Both the position numbers and the translations under genes were made by a program. A stretch of DNA of 64,000 nt from NCBI GenBank assembly GCA_002269645.1, contig NIVC01002517.1:1-64000 (forward strand), given 5' to 3'. The DNA is from Macrostomum lignano. Lineage: Eukaryota. Shown here piece after piece: positions 10,201 through 21,200 of this stretch; position 1 is the stretch's first letter, and each line of letters starts with the position of its first letter. The notes beneath the pieces were generated by a model. The model ran no database searches. It worked only from the letters and a program-made list of their open reading frames with translations, and was not told the DNA's origin.

Positions 10201-13200
10201 GTACCTGAGTAAAGTGAAGAACTGGGAGAACTATGGAGTCGATATGCACACTGTTTCGGTTAGTAACTCATTGCTCACTACATTGTTTATTTCGTTTTAA
10301 TTCGTTTGTTTTATAGTTACATTTTTATCAGTGAGTTATGGGCTATTCCACAATTTAGTCATGAACTGTTCCATAATTGAGTCATGAACTTTTCCATAAT
10401 TGAGTCATGGACTGTTCCATAATTGAGTCATGAACTGTTCCATAATTGAGTCATGAACTTTTCCATAGTTGAGTCATTAACTGCTCCATAATTGAGTCAT
10501 TAACTGCTCCATAATTGAGTCATGAACTGTTCCATAATTGAGCCATGAACTGTTCCATAATTGAGTCATTGACTTCCATAATTGAGTCATTGACTGTTCC
10601 ATAATTGAGTCCTGGGGTGTTCCATAATTGAGTCATGAACTTTTCCATAATTGAGTCATGGACTGTTCCATAATTGAGTCATGAACTGTTCCATAATTGA
10701 GTCATGAACTGTTCCATAATTGAGTCATTAACTGTTCCATAATTGAGTCATGAACTTTTCCATAATTGAGTCATTAACTGCTCCATAATTGAGTCATTAA
10801 CTGCTCCATAATTGAGTCATGAACTTTTCCATAATTGAGTCATGAACTGTTCCATAATTGAGTCATTGACTGTTCCATAATTGAGTCCTGGGGTGTTCCA
10901 TAATTGAGTCCTGGGGTGTTCCATAATTGAGTCATGAACTTTTCCATAATTGAGTCATGGACTGTTCCATAATTGAGTCATGAACTGTTCCATAATTGAG
11001 TCATGAACTGTTCCATAATTGAGTCATGAACTGTTCCATAATTGAGTCATGAACTTTTCCATAATTGAGTCATTAACTGCTCCATAATTGAGTCATTAAC
11101 TGCTCCATAATTGAGTCATGAACTGTTCCATAATTGAGTCATGAACTGTTCCATAATTGAGTCATTGACTGTTCCATAATTGAGTCCTGGGGTGTTCCAT
11201 AATTGAGTCATGGACTGTTCCATAATTGAGTCCTAGGGTGTTCCATAATTGAGTGATGAACTGTTCCATAGTTGAGTCATGGATTGTTTTATTAACCAAC
11301 CTGTGTGTTTTATGAGCGAATTTCCAGTGAGCCGACACTTTCCTGGAAAATGCCGGTCTAAAGTGTAACCCTAACCCAACTTTATAGCACGTAAAGCGCA
11401 ATTGCTGCAAAAATTCAGTAACGAGTTAAAAAAACCAGGCCTTTCTCAGAACTGTCTAACCGTCTTATATTTTGCGTACATCTGTCTGTCTGCCAGCTGC
11501 TAATCTCTTATCTCTGTTGGCAAAAGGTGTCTCTTTTTTGTAGAATAAAAAAACTAACACTGATACGTTTGCACACGCGCTCTCCTTGGACGAAAGCAGT
11601 GCAGTCAGTTTTATTTCGGTCGCTTTGTCCCCTCACGAATTCTGTTCTTGTTTGTGTCGTAATTTTTCGGCAGTTGTGTAAAAGCAGTTTCAACGGGCTT
11701 CTTCTGGCCTCTTCTGAATCTGTTAATACTGTAAAAGGCATGAAATAAACTCGTAATTCTACGAAGTCTTACTTCGTAAAGGATTGTAGCTTAGAGAGGG
11801 GGTTGTAGCCTAGTGAGGGGATTGTAGCCTAGTGAGGGGTTGTAGCCTAGTGAGGGGTTGTAGCCTAGTGAGTGGGTTGTAGCCTAGTGAGGGGGTTGTA
11901 GCCTAGTGAGAGGGTTGTAGCCTAGTGAGGGGGTTGTAGCCTAGTGAGGGGGTTGTAGCCTAGTGAGGGGTTGTAGCTTAGTGAGAGGGTTGTAGCCTAG
12001 TGAGGGGATTGTAGCCTAGTGAGGGGTTGTAGCCTAGTGAGGGGTTGTAGCCTAGTGAGTGGGTTGTAGCCTAGTGAGGGGGTTGTAGCCTAGTGAGAGG
12101 GTTGTAGCCTAGTGAGGGGGTTGTAGCCTAGTGAGAGGGTTGTAGCCTAGTGAGGGGTTGTAGCCTAGTGAGGGGTTGTAGCCTAGTGAGGGGTTGTAGC
12201 CTAGTGAGGGGTTGTAGCCTAGTGAGAGGGTTGTAGCCTAGTGAGGGGGTTGTAGCCTAGTGAGAGGGTTGTAGCCTAGTGAGGGGTTGTAGCCTAGTGA
12301 GGGGGTTGTAGCCTAGTGAGAGGGTTGTAGCCTAGTGAGGGGGTTGTAGCCTAGTGAGAGGGTTGTAGCCTAGTGAGGGGGTTGTAGCCTAGTGAGGGGT
12401 TGTAGCCTAGTGAGGGGTTGTAGCCTAGTGAGGGGTTGTAGCCTAGTGAGGGGTTGTAGCCTAGTGAGGGGTTGTAGCCTAGTGAGGGGGTTGTAGCCTA
12501 GTGAGGGGGTTGTAGCCTAGTGAGAGGGTTGTAGCCTAGTGAGGGGGTTGTAGCCTAGTGAGAGGGTTGTAGCCTAGTGAGGGGGTTGTAGCCTAGTGAG
12601 GGGTTGTAGCCTAGTGAGAGGGTTGTAGCCTAGTGAGAGGGTTGTAGCCTAGTGAGAGGGTTGTAGCCTAGTGAGGGGTTGTAGCCTAGTGAGAGGGTTG
12701 TAGCCTAGTGAGAGGGTTGTAGCCTAGTGAGGGGGTTGTAGCCTAGTGAGGGGATTGTAGCCTAGTGAGGGGTTGTAGCCTAGTGAGGGGTTGTAGCCTA
12801 GTGAGTGGGTTGTAGCCTAGTGAGGGGTTGTAGCCTAGTGAGGGGGTTGTAGCCTAGTGAGGGGTTGTAGCCTAGTGAGGGGTTGTAGCCTAGTGAGAGG
12901 GTTGTAGCCTAGTGAGGGGGTTGTAGCCTAGTGAGGGGGTTGTAGCCTAGTGAGAGGTTGTCGGGGGGGGTTGTCGTGCGATTCACAGGCATGAGGGCCA
13001 ACCCCAAAGGCACAGAGATGTACATGCCTTACGATTAGAAAGTCAGGGCTGCTATACACACTGTGTAAGCATGTGTATCAGTGCGTGCTTGTGTACAGTA
13101 TTGGCGCGCTTGTACGTTCTCAGGAGTCAGCGGAACGGGCAGAATTGCTGTCCCAGAATTGGGCCTCCTGAGATTACTGTTCCGGGTATATTATTCCTTA

Positions 13201-15190
13201 TCTGATCCCATATCGATCCTCATTATCTGATCCCCTATCGATCCCCATTATTTGATCCCATATCGATCCTCATTATCTGATCCCCTATCGATCCCCATTA
13301 TTTGATCCCATATCGATCCACATTATCTGATCCCATATCGATTTCTATTTTATTAATTTGTGATCCTTAAATCTAAGTTATATGAATTATGGTATCTGTG
13401 TATTGAGGCAGCTCTATCATTCAGCCACAAAATGTCCGAATCAACAGGGCAAGGACGGTCGCACTTATCACCTGGGCCTCACACCTGCCGGCATTTTGGT
13501 TTACGATAGGCAAGAAAAAATTGGACTATTCTTCTGGTGAGCAGACAATTTGCAATGCTTTTTAATGCACTTTTACGCCAAATTAATTAATTTTTAGTCC
13601 TTCTTGTTAAACCTTTATTCAATATTTTTATTTGCTCCGCTTCTAGGCCGCGGATTATCAAGATCGATTTCAATCGGAGTAAACTGAAAATTGTGGTCAC
13701 CGAGGACGACAATCAGGTTGGATTTCGCTTTCAGTTTGACATTCCTCAGGATTATGGCTTACTGTTCGAAGAATCTTCTTTGAAGCATTTATTATTTGCT
13801 CTAATCCTCATTTGAGGTATTTAATCCCCTCAAATCCTCATTTGAGGCATTTAATTCATTGTAATCCTCATTTGAAGCATTTAATCATCTCTCTAATCCT
13901 CATTTTTAGGCATTTAATCTCCTCTAATCCTCGATCTAAGCATTTAATTCCTGCCATTCCTCAGTTAAAGCATTTAATCCCCCCCTATCCCACTAATATC
14001 AGTAAGCGTCTCCCACCCGCAGGGAGCCCAGCAAGATCACGTGTTTGTATTCAACCTGGCCGACACGCAGTCCTGCAAGCACCTGTGGCGCTGCGCTGTT
14101 GAGCACCATTCGTTCTTTCGCCTAGTTGAGACCCGGGCGCCGCCAACCAAAGCCAAGCAGCTGCTGCGAATGCGGTCCAGGTTCTACCACAGCTTCCGCA
14201 CCGAGTCCGGCCTGGTCAGGGAGCGCCAGTTCGGCACCAGCCAGCGCCGGTCGGCCAGATTCGAACGGCGACCGTCGACGCGGCACAGCACCAGGCCCAG
14301 CTTTGCCAGGGCCGACGCTGAGAGGCGATTCGCCAGGGCGCAGGAGCGGCAGGAGGCCAAGTTGGCCACGCTGGAGCGGGTCAAGGCCGAGGAGGACGGG
14401 TGAGCGGCGGCGGGGAGAGGGTGAAGCTGACGGGGTGACTGGATGACAGGGTGAAGCTGACAGGATGACAGGGTGAAGCTGACAGATGACAGGGTGAAGC
14501 TGACAGGATGACAGGGTGAAGCTGACGGGGTGACTGGATGACAGGGTGAAGCTGACAGGATGACAGGGTGAAGCTGTCAGGATGACAGGGTGAAGCTGAC
14601 AGGATGACAGGGTGAAGCTGACAGGATGACAGGGTGAAGCTGGCGGGGTGACTGGATGACAGGGTGAAGCTGACAGGATGACAGGGTGAAGCTGGCGGGG
14701 TGACTGGATGACAGGGTGAAGCTGACAGGATGACAGGGTGAAGCTGACAGGATGACAGGGTGAAGCTGACAGGATGACAGGGTGAAGCTGACGGGGTGAC
14801 AGAGTGAAGCTGGCGGGGTGACTGGATGACAGGGTGAAGCTGACAGGATGACAGGGTGAAGCTGACAGGATGACAGGGTGAAGCTGACAGGATGACAGGG
14901 TGAAGCTGACAGGATGACAGGGTGAAGCTGACAGGATGACAGGGTGGAGCTGACAGGATGACAGGGTGAAGCTGACACAGGTCTCAGACTCTTTCATGCA
15001 CAAAGTATCTTTGTTTGCTTTTGTCTTATCGAAGAAGAATTTAAACTGCAGCAGCATTGGCATGATTTCATTTAATTTTATTGAACTGGTTTCAGTTAGT
15101 ACGACTAATTGAACTCTACCGTAGAACCGCGTGTGTACACAATAATTATGCAACTTCTCTGCTTGACCAGCAAGTTTTTTGTTTTATTTG

Positions 15191-15245
<55 letters not shown>

Positions 15246-18200
15246 TTTGTTGCCGTCAGGCGCAGGATTTTCTCAGATTTAATTGCATAAAAGCAGAAAA
15301 GAAAAGAAAAAGAAAAAAGTGAGAAAAATGCGTGTATAAGCAATAGAAATTCTTTGCTGGCAATCATAAACTATGCTGTGTTACGGGGGGGGGTTCTGTC
15401 CGAAAGAGGCCAGCATTTGCAGTCGTTTTTAGACTCAATTTCTGTGCAGTCCCTGTGCTAAGGAAAAGTTATTTATTTAAAAGCATTTGCGAATACCTAT
15501 ACTGACCTCGTTGCAGCTTTCTCGTTAGCCAATATCGAAGAGCCCAACGCGTTCAGTGAGTCGTTTATACATGCACTACTTGCAGTAGCTGCAGATCTAC
15601 AGGTTGCGCATATTTTATCCAGATATAAATATACTTGTAAAAGTTGTTGCTTGCTAAAATCGAGGATCAGCTAACTGAACTTTTTTTGCTATTAAAAATT
15701 AAAATATTCTTTAGATCAACTTGGTGGCCGTAGCCTAGTGGTCTAGCACGGCGCTTTGATGTGCCAGCGGCCCAGGCTCGATTCCAAGTGCAGTCGCATT
15801 AATTTAGGGAATCTCGGCTTGGCTCTGCTTGTGCAATTAACTCCCTTGAGGCCAACCCCCAAGGCGCAGTGAAGTGTACATGCCTAACGATAAATAAAGT
15901 TAGGGCCGCTGTACACTCCTGTGTGAGTGTGTGCCTGCGTACGTATCCGCGCGCTTGCATGCCTGCTCAGGGGAGTCGGCGGAATGGGCAGTAATGCCTC
16001 TCGCCGGTTGTGTGACAATGTCGCTTAAATGCGTCAGGGTGCACACAGCCCCTGCCTCTAATACGAGTACTAAGTACTTTAAAAAAGAACAAATTTGGCT
16101 TTCTTTTTCTAATATTTTGTGACCTGTGGAGACTTTATTCGACTTTTAAACTTCCTCTGTGTGCAAGTGGAAAGGGTTTCGGTCGCTTCAGATTCTCTGT
16201 TTGGGGCTCCCTGGCGTATAAAAATCCTACTGAAGTGCTCTAATTTAAATAAATCGAATGCATGCTCATGGCATACTACTGCGCTAGTATTTTATCAACA
16301 GTAGCAAGTATTGGATTTATATTTTAACTTTATAATCTTACTTTTAATTTACTGATGAAGCAATTTACTGACAAAGCTCACCATATGTAAAACTCAATGT
16401 ACTACTTATTATGTCTCACAAGTAACCAATTTGGATTCCAATGTCTCGGAAATTGGATTATAAACATCGCTGTTAAAAAAATTAATCCGAAACAAAAATA
16501 ACTGTTTTTTCTAGACAAGCTCCTATGTCTGCCGCGGTGCATCAGCAGCTTCAGCAGCAGTTTCGTCAGGAATCCGAGCGTACATGTATTAAAACAACTG
16601 CAATGGTTTCGCCACAGCCCCGTGGTGAGAGTCTTATCAGTATAAATGCTGCTTTTACTTCAGTGTATTTTAGAGGCAATTATGTATAAGAAGAGTAATG
16701 CTTCTTCAACTGGTCGCATCATTAGGGAATTGAGCCAAGGGATTAAGCTATTGTGCGTACATTAGGGTAAGGGATTGAGCCATTGTGCGTACATTAGGGT
16801 AAGGGATTGAGCCATTGTGCGTACATTAGGGTAAGGGATTGAGCCATTGTGCGTACATTAGGGTAAGGGATTGAGCCATTGTGCGTACATTAGAGTAAGG
16901 AATTCCGAGATGAGTCACTTCTTTAGTTAATTAAAATGACTATAATTTTTTAAGCTACTTACAGTAGCTCGTATCATTGCCGCACGCATCCCAGATCCTT
17001 CATCGGCGGAAGCTGCATCAGTGGAGCCGGCGGCGGCTGGAGCATCGGCCAGTCGGCAGGCAGTGCGAAGTAACCCGGACAGAGAGCAGAAAGCCGAGTC
17101 TGAATCTACAGTGCTGGTCAGGTGAGGACAGATCCGGGATTGTGAAGCTTGGGATTGTGAAGCTTGGGGATTGTGAAGCTTGGGGATTGTGAAGCTTGGG
17201 GATTGTGAAGCTTGGGGATTGTGAAGATTGAGGATTGTGTAGCTTGGGAATTGTGAAGCTTGGGGATTGTGAAGCTTGAGGATTGTGAAGCTTGAGGATT
17301 GTGTAGCTTGGGGATTGTGAAGATTGAGGATTGTGAAGCTTGGGGATTGTGAAGCTTGGGGATTGTGAAGCTTGGGGATTGTGAAGCTTGGGGATTGTGA
17401 AGCTTGGTTATTTTGTGAAGCTATTTGAGGCTTTTTTGAAGCTTCAGATTCTTGAACTATTAATATTTATATTCGTAAATCTTTATTATTTTGACTCTTA
17501 GTCTTTCAAATACCTACCTATATTACAGCAGCAATAACAAAAGCAACAGAAGCAGCACCAGCAGCAGTTCCAGCAGCGCTAGCGACAGCGACAGCGGCAG
17601 TGAAAGCGAGAGCGAAGAGAAAAAGCCGCTAACGTCTCTTGAGCCAAAGAATTCGAGTTCTGCACCTAGCAGGTATGAATGTACTGTATGGTTTATTGAA
17701 TAATATTTTATATTCATTTATAGGTAGATTAATTAAACTTACATGTAAATGTGGCAGATTTTGCTAGTCAGTCACTCTAACCTTCAAATGACCCCTCCTT
17801 TGTTCTTCTAACATATATGAACTGTTAGAAGCGCTGCCTGACGCGACAGAATAGTCTTAATTGTAAGTCTAACTGTTTGGTAATTCTGAGTCAGTTATTT
17901 AGGGGTAGCGGCATGTGCTGCAGTTGATGATATAAGTCTGTACTAATCCTACTAGATGACTGTGTTTAACTTGCCAGGGTAAAAAATTTTGCATGCCATT
18001 TAAGTAAGTATGGAATCAGATACTGCAGTCATAATATCTGTTGTCAAAAAGTCTGTAGATGGGATTGTAATTAAAAGTTTTTTAAATTAAAATTCACGTT
18101 TCATACTACTAACTTGAATGGGATGTGCGTATGTACGCTTGATTTTAGAGTTTTGATGTTTTATATGCATGCTAATGTACTTTAAAATTGTAGGAAAAAA

Positions 18201-21200
18201 GAAAATTTTCATGCTATAACAGTAGAATATTATTATCTATGTACAAGTAGAACGACAGAGAGTAGAACAACAGAGAGTAGAACAGCAGAGAGTAGAACAG
18301 CAGAGAGTATAACAGCTGAGAGTAGAACAGCAGAGAGTAGAACAACTGAGAGTAGAACAGCAGAGAGTAGAACAGCTGAGAGTAGAGCAGCAGAGAGTAG
18401 AACAGCTGAGAGTAGAGCAGCTGAGAGTAGAACAGCCGAGAGTGGAACAGCAGAGAGTAGAACAGTAGAGAGTAGAACAGCTGATAGTAGAACAGCTGAG
18501 AGTAGAACAGCAGAGAGTAGAACAGCAGAGAGTAGAGCAGCTGAGAGTAGAACAGCCGAGAGTGGAACAGCAGAGAGTAGAACAGTAGAGAGTAGAACAG
18601 CTGATAGTAGAACAGCTGAGAGTAGAACAGCAGAGAGTAGAACAGCAGAGAGTAGAGCAGCTGAGAGTAGAACAGCCGAGAGTGGAACAGCAGAGAGTAG
18701 AACAGTAGAGAGTAGAACAGCTGATAGTAGAACAGCTGAGAGTAGAACAGCAGAGAGTAGAACAGCAGAGAGTAGAACAGCTGATAGTAGAACAGCAGAG
18801 AGTAGAACAGCAGAGAGTAGAACAGCAGAGAGTAGAACAGCTGATAGTAGAACAGTAGAGAGTAGAATAGCATAACGGTAAAGCAGTAGGTGAAATACCA
18901 TTACTGTAGTGATAATAAATTTCACTAACCGCAAATGTTCCCTAGTCGTCATGGCAACCGCAAACCCATATGTCACTAACAAAAATTTATAAATCCGCAG
19001 CGCTCTCCGACCGGCGAGCTCCCAGCCTCAGTCCGCCAGCAGCATCGCTAGGCCGCATCCGCAGTCTGCCACCGCCGCTTTTAAGGTAGGCAGTTTCTTC
19101 TGTTGCTTTTTTGTTGTGGTTATTGTTGTTGTTTCTGTTGCTTGCTGTTACAATGGCTATGGAAACTTTTACTCATTTTTATTTATCTTTAGCTATAGTT
19201 GCATCTGTATCTCTGTCAATCTTATCGAACAGCTGCATTGATTTCTTAATCCCCATATGGATAATCCCACTCTCGCGTGCCCAGTTTGATGCCTGGTCCC
19301 CGACCCCAGTCCCTGCCGCCGCTGCCGAAGCTGCGAAGCTCAACGCCGATTCGCAGTCTTCTGGCGGCAGCGACTCCGACTCTGACAACGACAACGAAGA
19401 CGTTGCTGCTGTTGATGGCAATGAAGCTTCATCGACAGCAACTTCGTCGAGGTCCTCCGCTGCAGCTGAGGTCTCTACCCGATGTCGCCTTCAATGTCGC
19501 CACTGAGACCGACGCAGCAGCCGCAGCCGCCGCCTGTAGCTCCGCGTCGAGGCTCGGGCATCCGGCCGCCGGCTCCCGTGCCCGGATTTGTCGCCAAGCA
19601 GCCAGCCTCGCCGCCTCCGAGCGTCGTTGCAACGACCCCAGCCGCGGCGGCCGCCGCTGGATCGCGAATCCCCATCGCCGCTCAGCCGGCAATCGTCGGC
19701 GCCGTCGGCGGCGCCAAGTCGTCCGGTGGTGGAAATGGCAGCGTCGGCCGACCGTCGGGCATCCCGACGCCTGTGCAGTTTCAACTGGTGCGTGGCTGAC
19801 GTCGGTTATTTGCATTGCCAACGGTCCTTGGGTTTGGGTTCGAGTCTGCTTTTCGTACAATTCATTGCCCGAGGGCCAATCTTTATGGCATAGAGTGTAC
19901 ACGCTGCTTGACGATGATACATTCAGGTACAGCCTGTGTGAGCGTGTACACCTTGTGTGAGCGTGTTCACCCTGTGTGAGTTTGTACACATTGTGTGAGC
20001 ATTTACACTCTGTACACCCTCTGTGAGTTTGTACACCTTCTGTGAGTTTGTACACCCTGTGTGAGTTTGTACACCCTGTGTGAGTTTGTACACCCTGTGT
20101 GAGTTTGTACACCCTGTGTGAGTTTGTACACCCTGTGTGAGTTTGTACACCCTGTGTGAGTTTGTACACCCTGTGTGAGTTTGTACACCCTGTGTGAGTT
20201 TGTACACCTTCTGTGAGTTTGTACACCCTCTGTGAGTTTGTACACCCTGTGTGAGTTTGTACACCTTCTGTGAGTTTGTACACCCTCTGTGAGTTTGTAC
20301 ACCCTGTGTGAGTTTGTACACCCTCTGTGAGTTTGTACACCCTCTGTGAGTTTGTACACCCTGTGTGAGTTTGTACACCGTGTGTGAGCATTTACACTCT
20401 ATGCACCCTGTCTGAGCGTGTACCTAAGTAACGTATCTGTGTTTGTGTGCGTCTGCGTGCTCTGGGTTTAGCTGAATGAGCACGACCGCTTGCCTCCATG
20501 GGGGTTCGATACAGAGTCGTGCTTGGCATTGTTGAGCTACCCCATGGACATCTCGAGCTAGAGATCTGGAAAGAAGTTTGTAAAAAAATGGGCTGGTCTC
20601 ACATAGTATGGGAGATAAACTACTAACAAGTAGTTGTTCTAGCGTTATACATTATTAGAAGTGAGGTCCTTCTAGGTGAGGTCCTTCTAGTTGAGGTCCT
20701 TAATCGTTCAAAATAAAACTTGTAATGGTTCACATGACCAAGAGTCTTACCCCTGATGTAAGCCTTGCCTGTATGTGTGTTTGTTACTACCAATAGCAGT
20801 GCATGTAATTTCAGAAACTGTAACCTTGTCAGTTCAGCTTGCTTCACTAAAAGGTAACGCAGAGAAGTCAACCAGTTAGAGGCGTCTGCAATTAATCAAT
20901 ATTAATCCGAGTCGAAATTAATTCCTGCTTGATCTCTACAGCTACGAGCGTAAAGCGCAAAATCTAAAATCCAAAAATTGACATTTTGCATCTTCTTAAA
21001 AACACAATCTTTGATTTCTTTGACAGCTAGCAGCTTTTTGTGCAGTGTTTCTGTTGCACCATTTCATTGTTCTCTTTACTATTTTACTCTTTTGGTGTTG
21101 TGCTTTTGTTAATAAACTGCAATGTTGGTTTTCTATTTCGACTGGGGAGGCCGTAGCCCAGTGGTCGAAAAGTGCGGCGCTCTGATGTGCCAGCGGCCCA

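Noticed and set aside
15960-15995. HDV-like ribozyme suggested by GGCGGAATGGG in SINE family B
   Set aside because: A consistent nested double pseudoknot (P1, P1.1, P2, P3) could not be built by eye across copies; left to the covariance and cleavage tests proposed above.
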